This document shows positions 18,917-27,899 of a DNA stretch of 64,000 bases, piece by piece. The number at the start of each line of letters is the position of its first letter. Positions within the stretch are counted from its first letter, which is position 1. The stretch is from Alphaproteobacteria bacterium. Its GTDB lineage: Bacteria; Pseudomonadota; Alphaproteobacteria; Bin95. The position numbers were made by a program, and so were the translations under genes. Location: positions 2,717 to 66,716 of the forward strand of contig JAPOJR010000002.1 of the NCBI GenBank assembly GCA_029978325.1, in the 5' to 3' direction. Under the pieces are notes generated by a model, which searched no databases, was not told the DNA's origin, and was given only the letters and a program-made list of their open reading frames with translations.

Positions 18917-20365
18917 ATGACACCCGCGACCATCCTCATAGCCGACGACGACCGCGCCATCCGCACCGTAGTCAGTCAAGCCCTGAGCCGGGCTGGCTAC
19001 ACAGTCAAAGCGACTGCCCACGCGGCAACGCTCTGGCGCTGGGTCGATGATGGCGACGGCGATTTGGTCATCACCGATGTGGTGATGCCGGACGAAAACG
19101 GCTTGGACCTGGTGCCGCGCATCAAGAAACGCCGGCCCGACCTGCGCGTCATTGTTATGAGCGCCCATTCGACATTGCTGACGGCCGTCAAAGCCACGGA
19201 ACGCGGCGCCTTTGATTATTTGCCGAAGCCGTTCGATTTGCGCGAGCTTGTCCGCACGGTTGAGCGCGCGCTGGTCGAGCCTGCGAACACGCCTCCCGCC
19301 GCCGAAAAAGACAGCGAAGAACTGCCGCTGATCGGCCGCTCGCCCGCCATGCAGGAAATATACCGCGTCCTCGCCCGGCTGATGAGCACAGACCTGACCG
19401 TCATGATCCACGGCGAGAGCGGGACCGGCAAGGAACTGGTGGCGCATGCCTTGCACGACTACGGCCGGCGGCGACATGGCCCCTTCGTCGCCGTGAACAT
19501 GGCGGCCCTGCCGCGCGAACTGATCGAGAGCGAATTGTTCGGCCACGAGAAGGGCGCTTTTACAGGAGCTGTACAACGCACCGCCGGAAAATTCGAGCAG
19601 GCGGCAGGCGGCACCCTGTTCCTTGATGAAATCGGCGATATGCCGCTGGAGGCGCAAACCCGATTGCTGCGCGTGTTGCAGGAAGGTGAGTTCACGACCG
19701 TCGGCGGCCGCACCCCGATCCGCGCCGATGTCCGCATTGTCGCCGCCACGCACAGAGACCTGCGCCAGTTAATCAGGTTAGGGCAATTCCGCGAGGACCT
19801 GTACTACCGGCTGAACGTCGTACCGCTGCGGCTGCCGCCGCTGCGCGAGCGGGCGGAAGATATTCCGGACCTGACGCTGCATTTCCTGGCGCGCGTGGCG
19901 GACGAGGGGCTGACGTACAAGCAAATCGAGCCAGCGGCCATCGCCCGGCTGCGCCAGCACCGCTGGCCTGGCAACGTGCGCGAACTGGAAAATCTGGTTC
20001 GCCGCCTGGTTGCGCTCTATACCGACGATGTCATCCGCCTCGAATCCGTCGAGATGGAGTTGGCGGACCTTACTGCCATACCCGAGCCGATTGGGGATGG
20101 CCCGGCGATCCCGAACGACGAAGGGTTGGAAGCTGCTGTCGAGCGCGTGCTGAAACGATATTTCGATGCACACGACGACTTGCCGCCGCCGCCAGGCCTG
20201 TACGACCGGGTGCTGCGCGAAGTCGAAGGGCCGCTGATCCGACTCTCGCTGTCGTCGACCCGCGGCAATCAAATCCAGGCTGCCAAAATGTTAGGCTTGA
20301 ACCGCAACACATTGCGCAAGAAGATCAAAGACCTTGGTATTCCGGTAATTCGCGGCCTGTCGTGA
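18917..20365 (+). CDS. ntrC: Sigma-54-dependent response regulator NtrC
   Basis: It has a receiver domain (ILIADDD...[15 protein letters not shown]), an AAA+ sigma54-interaction domain (GESGTGKE...GAFTGA) and a C-terminal Fis-type HTH ([21 protein letters not shown]). Confidence 0.9.
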   Translation: MTPATILIADDDRAIRTVVSQALSRAGYTVKATAHAATLWRWVDDGDGDLVITDVVMPDENGLDLVPRIKKRRPDLRVIVMSAHSTLLTAVKATERGAFDYLPKPFDLRELVRTVERALVEPANTPPAAEKDSEELPLIGRSPAMQEIYRVLARLMSTDLTVMIHGESGTGKELVAHALHDYGRRRHGPFVAVNMAALPRELIESELFGHEKGAFTGAVQRTAGKFEQAAGGTLFLDEIGDMPLEAQTRLLRVLQEGEFTTVGGRTPIRADVRIVAATHRDLRQLIRLGQFREDLYYRLNVVPLRLPPLRERAEDIPDLTLHFLARVADEGLTYKQIEPAAIARLRQHRWPGNVRELENLVRRLVALYTDDVIRLESVEMELADLTAIPEPIGDGPAIPNDEGLEAAVERVLKRYFDAHDDLPPPPGLYDRVLREVEGPLIRLSLSSTRGNQIQAAKMLGLNRNTLRKKIKDLGIPVIRGLS

Positions 20366-20398
20366 CCTTGCACGCGCCGCAAAAGGCGGCTTGCGGAA

Positions 20399-21259
20399 AT
20401 GATTGGCTATGTTGCGGCGCTGTCCTGCTCTGTCGGCCTCGGTCTGGCAGTCGCGGTTGCCCGGTTCGCATTTGAAGGCGGCACCAATGGCGTGACCGTA
20501 GCCGTCCTGCGGGCCAGCCTGCTGGTGCTTCTGGTCGGCGGTTACTGTTTGGCGACCGGACGCAACTTGCGCCTGCCTTGGCGGCTATGGTTCCCGTGCT
20601 TCGTTCTGGGCCTGCCCATGGCCGTCATGTTCTATGGCAATATTGCCGCCGTCCAATTCATTCCGATCGGACTGGCCGCGCTGCTGTTCTTTACGTTTCC
20701 GCCGCTGATCGCACTCGGCGAAGCCGCCCTGGCCCGCCGCGTGCCCTCGGGCCTGCAATTGCTGGCGCTGGCGGCGGCGTTTGCCGGTCTGGCGATGATG
20801 CTGGGCGTCAGCTTCGAGACGGTGCACCCGCTGGGCATCGCGCTCAGCCTCTCTGCCTCTGTCGCTACGACGCTCAACGTCATCGGCAGCGCCAGGGTGC
20901 TGCCGCGCGGCGACCGCTGGGTCATGTTCTGGCATATGGCGCTGGTCGCGGCAGTGTGCCTGATGGCCGTCGCCGTCCTCGGCGGCTCGATCCATCTGCC
21001 GGAAACCCCCGGCGGTTGGGCCGGCATGTTTGGCGTCGCCCTGTTGCAGGCCAGCTCCATCCCGCTGTTCTATGTCGCCATCCATCACATCGGCCCGGCC
21101 AAAAGCGCGATGCTCACCAATCTGCAACCGGTGGTCAGCATCGTGGCCGCCTACCTGCTGTTTGCCGAAGTGTTGGGCCCGCTGCAATCCGCCGGGGCCG
21201 CCATGGTCCTGGGCGGGATCATGCTGATGCAGTGGAGCGATATGCGAAAGCGCAAGTGA
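20399..21259 (+). CDS. DMT-superfamily (EamA-like) transporter
   Basis: A 286-aa polytopic membrane protein with about 10 hydrophobic segments in an EamA-like two-repeat organisation. Confidence 0.7.
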   Translation: MIGYVAALSCSVGLGLAVAVARFAFEGGTNGVTVAVLRASLLVLLVGGYCLATGRNLRLPWRLWFPCFVLGLPMAVMFYGNIAAVQFIPIGLAALLFFTFPPLIALGEAALARRVPSGLQLLALAAAFAGLAMMLGVSFETVHPLGIALSLSASVATTLNVIGSARVLPRGDRWVMFWHMALVAAVCLMAVAVLGGSIHLPETPGGWAGMFGVALLQASSIPLFYVAIHHIGPAKSAMLTNLQPVVSIVAAYLLFAEVLGPLQSAGAAMVLGGIMLMQWSDMRKRK

Positions 21260-21346
21260 CGCGCGGACTCGGCGCTTTGCCGGTCGCGCCCTGCGCGTGT
21301 ATACCTGCCGCCTTCGCCCTTCGATCCACCTGGAGTCCCGCCGCCG

Positions 21347-21778
21347 ATGAGCGCTATCCCGGCCGATTTCCCTGCTGCGTACCGAATTTCCGACCCCATC
21401 GACCCGCATGAGCTTGCGACCGGCCCGTTCTACGAACCGCTCGACCCGGCAGGAGACCCCCGCGTTGTGCTGTTGGTCGAAGAAAAGCATTGCAACTCGA
21501 GCGGCGTGACGCACGGCGGCTTGCTGATGACCATGGCCGACCTCACATTATGTGCCGCAGCGCGAGAAGGTTTGCCGGATGAGCGCGCGATCACCGTACA
21601 ACTGGATGCGCAATTCATCGACGCGGGAAGGATCGGCGATTTTCTGGTCGCCCGCGCCGAAGTGGTCCGCCGTGGCGGCAGGATCATCTTCGTCCGCGGC
21701 CAGATCCAGGCGGGCAGCCGCGTGCTGCTGACCGCCAGCGCCGTAACCCGCCGTGTCAAACGTCAGCCTGCGAGTTAA
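21347..21778 (+). CDS. PaaI-family hotdog-fold thioesterase
   Basis: It carries the ...CNSSGVTHGGLLMTMADLTL...GRIIFVRGQI motif typical of PaaI/YdiI thioesterases. Confidence 0.75.
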   Translation: MSAIPADFPAAYRISDPIDPHELATGPFYEPLDPAGDPRVVLLVEEKHCNSSGVTHGGLLMTMADLTLCAAAREGLPDERAITVQLDAQFIDAGRIGDFLVARAEVVRRGGRIIFVRGQIQAGSRVLLTASAVTRRVKRQPAS

Positions 21779-21783
21779 ATGCG

Positions 21784-22206
21784 ATGCCGCGTATCCGGTT
21801 CATTCACCTGTCGTTAGCCGCCGCCATCCTCAGCGCCATTGCTCCGGGCCCGGCGCTGGCCGGGCGGCTGGACCGGCCGGAAGTTACGGATTACCGGGTC
21901 TGGGAATCCACCCGGTGCTATAAGCCGCGGGCGCCTAACGTCCAAGTGACCGATGCGCTGACATTCAATCTGGCTATCGAGGGATTTAACCAGTATTTGC
22001 TGCATATGCGCCGGTACCTGGAGTGTGCCGAACAAGAGGCGAACGAAGATTATGCCAGCCTGAAACGCGCGCTGGAGCAGGGATTGGCCCTGGTCCGCAG
22101 CGGCGTTCTCCAAGAGTTGCAAGAAGGCCGGGAAAATATCGAGCAGTACCGGCCGCTCTATGCCCCTGAACAACCAAACGTCGCACCGCCGCCAGGACGG
22201 CAATAA
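21784..22206 (+). CDS. Secreted hypothetical protein
   Basis: It has the signal peptide MPRIRFIHLSLAAAILSAIAPGPALA and coding-like composition. I recognise no family. Confidence 0.5.
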   Translation: MPRIRFIHLSLAAAILSAIAPGPALAGRLDRPEVTDYRVWESTRCYKPRAPNVQVTDALTFNLAIEGFNQYLLHMRRYLECAEQEANEDYASLKRALEQGLALVRSGVLQELQEGRENIEQYRPLYAPEQPNVAPPPGRQ

Positions 22207-22209
22207 TCC

Positions 22210-23529
22210 ATGCAGCGCGAATCCCCGAAAATCGGCTTGGTAAGCCTCGGTTGCCCGAAGGCGCTGGTCGATTCCGAACGAATTGTCACCAGACTGCGGG
22301 CCGAAGGTTATCAGATTGTCGGCGACTATGACGGCGCCGACCTGGTGTTGGTCAATACCTGCGGTTTCCTGGACAGCGCCCGGGCAGAAAGCCTGGAGGC
22401 CATCGGCGAAGCCCTTGCAGAAAATGGCCGGGTGGTCGTCACCGGTTGCCTCGGCAAGGAGGCCGACCTGATCCGGCGCGAACATCCCGGTGTGCTGGCG
22501 ATTACCGGGCCGCACCAGTACGAGCAGGTGATGGGCGCGATCCACGACGCCTTGCCGCCGGCGCACGATGCCTTTCAGGACCTGGTGCCCGAAGCCGGGC
22601 TGCGCCTGACGCCGCGCCACTATGCCTACCTGAAGATCTCGGAAGGCTGCAACAACCGCTGTTCGTTCTGCATTATCCCGCAAATCCGCGGCGACCTGGT
22701 CTCACGGCCGCTGGCGCAGGTCATGTTCGAGGCGGAAGCGCTGGTGCGCGCCGGCGTGAAAGAGTTGCTGGTAATCAGCCAGGACACCAGCGCCTATGGC
22801 CTGGACCTGAAATACGCCAGCAGCAATTGGAAGGGCCGCGAATACCGGACCCGCTTTCTCGATCTGGCCGAAGCCCTGGGCTCGCTCGGCGTTTGGGTGC
22901 GGATGCACTATGTCTACCCATACCCGCATGTCGACGATGTGCTGCCGCTGATGGCCGAAGGCAAGATTTTGCCGTACCTGGATATTCCCTTCCAGCACGC
23001 CAACCCGCGGGTGTTGAAGGCGATGCGCCGGCCGGCGAACCAGGAAAAAGTTCTGGAGCGTCTGGCAGCCTGGCGGAAAATCGTGCCGGACCTGACGATC
23101 CGGTCCACCTTCATCGTTGGCTTCCCCGGCGAAACCGATGAGGAATTCGAGGACTTGCTCGATTGGCTGGAGGAAGCGCAGATCGACCGCCTCGGCTGTT
23201 TCCAGTACGAGCCCGTCGCCGGCGCGCCCTCGAATGCTTTGACGGGCGCAGTGCCGGATGCCGTGAAGCAGGAGCGCTTTGACCGCCTGATGGAATTGCA
23301 GCAAGAGATCAGCGCCCAAAAGCAAATCGCCAAAATCGGCCGCGAGTACGATGTCATCATCGACGATGTGGATGAGGATGAGGCCATCGGCCGGTCGTTC
23401 GCTGACGCGCCGGATATCGACGGCAATGTCTATCTCGACGGCGAGAACGAGTTGGAAATCGGCGAAATCGTGCGCGTTCGGGTTAATGACGCCGATGCCT
23501 ATGACCTTTGGGGCGAGGTCATCGATTAA
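22210..23529 (+). CDS. rimO: Ribosomal protein S12 methylthiotransferase RimO
   Basis: It has the MTTase N-domain ([16 protein letters not shown]), the radical-[14 protein letters not shown] motif and a C-terminal TRAM domain. Confidence 0.9.
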   Translation: MQRESPKIGLVSLGCPKALVDSERIVTRLRAEGYQIVGDYDGADLVLVNTCGFLDSARAESLEAIGEALAENGRVVVTGCLGKEADLIRREHPGVLAITGPHQYEQVMGAIHDALPPAHDAFQDLVPEAGLRLTPRHYAYLKISEGCNNRCSFCIIPQIRGDLVSRPLAQVMFEAEALVRAGVKELLVISQDTSAYGLDLKYASSNWKGREYRTRFLDLAEALGSLGVWVRMHYVYPYPHVDDVLPLMAEGKILPYLDIPFQHANPRVLKAMRRPANQEKVLERLAAWRKIVPDLTIRSTFIVGFPGETDEEFEDLLDWLEEAQIDRLGCFQYEPVAGAPSNALTGAVPDAVKQERFDRLMELQQEISAQKQIAKIGREYDVIIDDVDEDEAIGRSFADAPDIDGNVYLDGENELEIGEIVRVRVNDADAYDLWGEVID

Positions 23530-23748
23530 AGCATCCGGCAGGCGGACGGGACGATACAATCGGCTGCGCGGTGATGCGATCCCGTCCGCTTAAGACCCGA
23601 ATACCCAACGGACCGGCCATGCGGACCGGATATGCCTCCAGCCCCGCAAAAAAATTTCATGCTAACCCGTTGACGTCCAATCCTTTGCTTAGTTACCATC
23701 CCTGCCGTTGGAGCCTCTAAAGCTGGTCAAAGACAAAGATTTGGGAAA

Positions 23749-24510
23749 ATGATATTCAAGTTGATGTACCGGATTCCTGTAAGGGCCGTATTGGTTATTA
23801 CAGTGCTTAGCCTTGGTTTGGCTGCGTGCGCGGGCAACAATAACATAGTTAAAGACATTCGGATTATGACCCGCAGCAGCGAAGGGCTGACCCCGGCGCA
23901 GGCTCAACAGCTCGAACGCCTGAAACGCTACGCCAACATGCGGGTTCAGGCCACGGCCGGCGGCGCGCTTTTGGGCGGGCTGACATGTGGACTGCTGTCA
24001 GGCAAGAACAAAGTCCGCAATGCTGCTGCTTGCGCGCTGGCCGGTGGATTTGCCGGATACTATATCGGCGCATACTACGCCAATATCAATTCGGTTGCCG
24101 AAAACAAGCGGAAAGATTTGGATACCCGGCTTGCAGCCTCGCAAGCAGCAGTGAAAGAAACGCAGGAAGCCGCCGCGGTCACTTACCGGGCCAATAAAGA
24201 AACGCGGGATCGTATCAAACGCATCAATGCGCAATATTCCGCTAGGTCCATCACGTTGGCGCAATACAAAAAAGAAGCCGAAGCCACCCAGGTACAAGTC
24301 GATAATTCGGCAGCGACGCTGGAACTGGCTGAGGGCGATCTCAAAAATATAGAACAGGCGATCAAAGACGCCAAGAAGGAGCGCCAGGATACGAAGGACC
24401 TGAAAAAGCAACGCGACGCGATGGAACGCGAGGTCGAGGCTCTCCGCAAAGCACATGACCAAATGGTGGCGGCACAGAGCACTATACCGGCCGATATTCG
24501 CAATTCGTAA
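23749..24510 (+). CDS. Lipoprotein with glycine-zipper segment and long coiled coil (first gene of the srf-type operon)
   Basis: It has the lipobox LSLGLAAC, the Gly-zipper GGALLGGLTCGLLSG...LAGGFAGYYIGAYY, and then a charged heptad-like sequence. It is visibly more A/T-rich than its neighbours. The start is 23749 or 23764. Confidence 0.6.
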   Translation: MIFKLMYRIPVRAVLVITVLSLGLAACAGNNNIVKDIRIMTRSSEGLTPAQAQQLERLKRYANMRVQATAGGALLGGLTCGLLSGKNKVRNAAACALAGGFAGYYIGAYYANINSVAENKRKDLDTRLAASQAAVKETQEAAAVTYRANKETRDRIKRINAQYSARSITLAQYKKEAEATQVQVDNSAATLELAEGDLKNIEQAIKDAKKERQDTKDLKKQRDAMEREVEALRKAHDQMVAAQSTIPADIRNS

Positions 24511-24562
24511 GGGTTAGGACTTTGCCGGAAGAGCCGGCTGGGACCGTTCAGGGGGAAAAATC

Positions 24563-25063
24563 ATGAGAGCCACTTTGGCCCTGTTAATCCTGCTCAGCGC
24601 CTTGACAGTGGGCGGCTGCTCGACCTGCTCGACCGACCCGAGCAAGGTCGGGCTGGGTTGCGCCATCGCCAACCATGAAGGCGGCGTCAACAAACGGGTT
24701 GACCAGCAAATCGAAAGAGATATCGCCGCCAACGACAATCGGCGCCGGGAATTGGAACTGCGCGCGCAGCAACAACGAATTGAAGCGTCCGAACTTCGGG
24801 GCGAAGAACGCCGGCTGCGGCTGAAACTGGCGAGCCTCAACGACGACACCGCCAAAGCCAACCGGAAGCTTTCGGAATTGCGGCAAACCCAGCGCGTCAC
24901 CACCGCTCAGATTCTCGAGGTCCGCAAACGGGAACAGGCTTTGTCCGAGAAAATCCTCCAGCTCAATTCAAAGGACAACGCGACCGCGCGTGAAATCGCT
25001 GCGCTCAACGAAGAAGCCCGTCAGCTGAATGCAGACATCGACCGTCTGCGAAGCCTGCAATAG
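24563..25063 (+). CDS. Coiled-coil lipoprotein
   Basis: It has the lipobox LTVGGC and an AGGGGGAA Shine-Dalgarno sequence before the ATG. The rest is Arg/Glu/Leu-rich coiled coil. Confidence 0.6.
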   Translation: MRATLALLILLSALTVGGCSTCSTDPSKVGLGCAIANHEGGVNKRVDQQIERDIAANDNRRRELELRAQQQRIEASELRGEERRLRLKLASLNDDTAKANRKLSELRQTQRVTTAQILEVRKREQALSEKILQLNSKDNATAREIAALNEEARQLNADIDRLRSLQ

Positions 25064-25069
25064 GCAGCG

Positions 25070-25828
25070 ATGCCCAGCAACCCCACCAACGGACAGGTAG
25101 CAAGTGGGGCGGGAGCGATAGCGATGCGCAATATCCTGTATGGCTTTGGCCCGGTGGTCTTGCTGGCGGCAGCGCTAGGCGCCTACGCCCTGGTCTTGCC
25201 GGCCTGTGCGGCCCTGCCGATCTTCGGCCAGTTCTGGCGCGGCTATTGCCCGGCCGCGGCCGCCCCGCCCGGCACACAAGCGCTGGAGCGCGAAGTCCAG
25301 CGCCGCCGGGCATTGGAGGCGGAGATCCGGGTTTTGGAACGCGAAGTTGCCGGGCTGGGCCCCTGCCCGGTGCAGCAAGCCCCGCCGCAAGTTGCGCCCC
25401 AAACGCCACCCCAAACGCCGCCGCAGACACCACCCCAGGCCTCCATCGACCGCGAACGCTGGCAAAACCAGGACATCACGCTGATGCAAGGTTGCTGGGT
25501 CCTGGATTCCGACCTGCAGCTTCAAGACGCCCGAACCAAGCGACCGTTGCCCGTCAGCACCTGGAAAGTGTGCTTTGGCGCCGATGGAACGGGGCAGCAA
25601 ACGCTCGCGTTCACCAATGGCATGCAATGCAGTTCCGGCGTCAAGGCAACGTTCAACAGCGCGGAAAACCTGGTGCTGGACGATCAAGCCGATGTGGGTT
25701 GCACGCACGGCTACCGGATTCTGCGCAGGATCACCTCATGCCGTCTGAATTCCGAGAACAAAGCGATCTGCGTCGGCAAAGATTCGTCCGGCGGGGTCTC
25801 CAATATGCAATTGCGGCGGGCTGGGTAG
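25070..25828 (+). CDS. Membrane-anchored protein: TM, short coiled coil, (PQTP)n linker, Cys-containing C-terminal domain
   Basis: The TM segment is ILYGFGPVVLLAAALGAYALVLPA, the coiled coil is ALEREVQRRRALEAEIRVLEREVAGL, and the PQTPPQTPPQTPPQ linker follows. An alternative start at 25124 has a better Shine-Dalgarno sequence. Confidence 0.6.
   Translation: MPSNPTNGQVASGAGAIAMRNILYGFGPVVLLAAALGAYALVLPACAALPIFGQFWRGYCPAAAAPPGTQALEREVQRRRALEAEIRVLEREVAGLGPCPVQQAPPQVAPQTPPQTPPQTPPQASIDRERWQNQDITLMQGCWVLDSDLQLQDARTKRPLPVSTWKVCFGADGTGQQTLAFTNGMQCSSGVKATFNSAENLVLDDQADVGCTHGYRILRRITSCRLNSENKAICVGKDSSGGVSNMQLRRAG
25397..25438 (+). repeat. In-frame tandem repeat encoding (PQTP)x3-PQ
   Basis: The repeat can be read directly from the sequence: ccc caa acg cca ccc caa acg ccg ccg cag aca cca ccc cag. 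Confidence 0.7.
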
Positions 25829-25837
25829 GGAAATTCC

Positions 25838-27895
25838 ATGGCTGAAACCTATTTTCTGACCAAGACAACCGTCGATCCCGGCCAGCTGATTTCAATCAAC
25901 GACAGCGTCGCGCTGGAACAGTACGAGGCGTTGCGGCATTTTCTGGTGACCCGGATCGGGCGCGACGCAGCCGACCTGTTTGCAGAGCCGGTATTGAGCC
26001 GCGGCAATGGCGCTTCGGCCACTACGGTCTCCTGGTACACGACGCGCGCTGGCCAGGGCGTCCGGCTGGCCGACCTGTCCAGCGAAGCGCGGCAGTCGGT
26101 CGAAGCGACGCTGAAACGGCAACTCGCGGCAGTATCGGAAGCGCTTTCCGATCCGAACTTCGGCCCGCTGTTGGGCGCTGCCCTATACCTGGACAGCGAT
26201 CGCGATATCTGGGTGGTGGATAACCGCCCGTTTTTGACCAATTGGGGCCTTGCTCCGGCCGCAAGCCTGGCGTCGCAATCGGCGCGCAACCAGCATTTCG
26301 CAGCGACGATCGGCCGGTTTTTACCACTGGCGATGGCGCCCGCGCTCTCGCAGGACGAATGGGCCTCCAGAGGCTATGCCGCGGCGGCGGCCGCGATGCC
26401 TGCCGCCCCCGAACCGGCTTCACAAAGCGTTTCCGTCAGCGACGCGACAGCGGCGTCGGCCCCGGTCGCGCCACGGCAAGACAGCGCCGCTGCGCCCGTA
26501 ATCCCTGCTGCAGCAGCGGGAACGACAGTGCTCATCAGCGACCGCCGCTGGCGATGGCGCTGGATTCCTCCCGTTGCTTTGCTGGTCTTGTTCGCGATCG
26601 TCCTGGTTTGGCTGCTGTGGCCGGGCACGCTATTGTATCCGCCACGTCCGGCCGCTTCGATCATCACCGACGATGCCGTCGCCGAAGCCGCACGCGCCGG
26701 CAATCGGGCGCTGGAGGACCGCATCGCGCAACTGCGCGCTGCCATCGACGGCGCGGTCTGCACGCCACAAGGCGACCTGGTGCTGCCGGATGGGACAACG
26801 CCGCGGGGTCAGACTCCGGCGCCGCAACAGCAGTCCGACAATGGCGACCCTGGCTCCGCGTCCGCCGCAACGCCCGAAGGGCCGGTTCAGGGCCGGCCTG
26901 ATGCCTTGACGCCGCCGCCGCCGTCCCAACTGATGACGCCACCCGCAGACGGCCAGGACCCGGTATCGCTGCTCACGAAGTTGGAGCAAAGTACCGTTCT
27001 GGTCCTGGCTCAGGGGCAGGAAGACGCCGGGCTTGGCACAGGGTTTTTCATTGCCCCCGACCTGCTGGTGACGAACTATCACGTCGTAAAACCGGCACTG
27101 ACCGGCGGCGCCATCGCCGTCACCAACCAGACCCTTGGCCGCCTGACGAAAGCGGAACTCATCGCAAAGTCCGGCCCTTTGGAAACCAACGGCGACGATT
27201 TCGCATTGTTGCGGGTCCCGGGCGGCCAAATGGCGTTCTACGCGATCCGATTGCCGGCGGAATCGCTGCGGCTGCAACAGGTGATCGCTGCCGGCTACCC
27301 CGGATTCGTGCTTGAAACCGACAGTCATTTCAAAGCGTTGAAAAAAGGCGACGCCGGCGCAATTCCTGGGCTCGTCGTAACCGACGGCATCGTTAACGCC
27401 GAGCAACAACTGGCCGCCTCCACCAAGGTTCTGGTGCATACGGCGCATATTTCGCCCGGCAATTCCGGCGGTCCACTGGTCGATTCCTGCGGCCAAGTGG
27501 TCGGCATCAACACATTTATCCGCAACGACCAGAAGTCGCTGAATTCTCTGAATTTTTCGCTGACGAGCGCAGACCTGCAGGATTTTCTGAAAGCGAACAA
27601 CGTTTCGGTCGCGACGACGTCCGCCCCGTGCGCCCCCAGCATTTCGCGCCCAACGCCGCCTGCTTCCGCCTCCTCGGCGCCGAATGCGCCGGAGGCGCCC
27701 TCTACACCCTCTACACCCCCTACACCCTCTACACCTGCGGCACCCACAGCGCCGACAGCACCCGCCGCAACGCCACCACCGCCCGCCGCTCAGGCCGCTC
27801 CGACACGGCCTGCGCCACCCGCCGCAGCGTCCAGGCCATCCGGCGCCGGCGAACCGCAGGGTCCGGCGTCGCGCTCGAACACCGACCGGTGGTAG
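25838..27895 (+). CDS. Membrane protein: SrfA-like N-domain, TM, coiled coil, trypsin-like (S1/HtrA-type) serine protease domain, Pro/Thr/Ala-rich tail
   Basis: Protease motifs are GTGFFIAPDLLVTNYHVV (His codon 27080-27082) and HISPGNSGGPLVDSCGQVVGINTF (Ser codon 27464-27466). The TM segment is IPPVALLVLFAIVLVWLLW. The N-domain is similar to that of the next gene (LFAEP...WY...). Confidence 0.75.
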   Translation: MAETYFLTKTTVDPGQLISINDSVALEQYEALRHFLVTRIGRDAADLFAEPVLSRGNGASATTVSWYTTRAGQGVRLADLSSEARQSVEATLKRQLAAVSEALSDPNFGPLLGAALYLDSDRDIWVVDNRPFLTNWGLAPAASLASQSARNQHFAATIGRFLPLAMAPALSQDEWASRGYAAAAAAMPAAPEPASQSVSVSDATAASAPVAPRQDSAAAPVIPAAAAGTTVLISDRRWRWRWIPPVALLVLFAIVLVWLLWPGTLLYPPRPAASIITDDAVAEAARAGNRALEDRIAQLRAAIDGAVCTPQGDLVLPDGTTPRGQTPAPQQQSDNGDPGSASAATPEGPVQGRPDALTPPPPSQLMTPPADGQDPVSLLTKLEQSTVLVLAQGQEDAGLGTGFFIAPDLLVTNYHVVKPALTGGAIAVTNQTLGRLTKAELIAKSGPLETNGDDFALLRVPGGQMAFYAIRLPAESLRLQQVIAAGYPGFVLETDSHFKALKKGDAGAIPGLVVTDGIVNAEQQLAASTKVLVHTAHISPGNSGGPLVDSCGQVVGINTFIRNDQKSLNSLNFSLTSADLQDFLKANNVSVATTSAPCAPSISRPTPPASASSAPNAPEAPSTPSTPPTPSTPAAPTAPTAPAATPPPPAAQAAPTRPAPPAAASRPSGAGEPQGPASRSNTDRW
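27698..27733 (+). repeat. In-frame 9-nt tandem repeat encoding PST-PST-PPT-PST
   Basis: The sequence ccctctaca ccctctaca ccccctaca ccctctaca can be read directly in the low-complexity tail of the protease gene. Confidence 0.7.
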
Positions 27896-27899
27896 CCCC

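Noticed and set aside
26215-26226. DnaA-box-like 9-mers with one mismatch each (TTATCCACC on the minus strand near 26215; TTATCCAGA near 49872), considered because the parAB-mnmEG cluster is origin-proximal.
   Set aside because: They are isolated, intragenic or single occurrences with mismatches. No clustered boxes or A/T-rich unwinding element are visible, so I make no oriC call.
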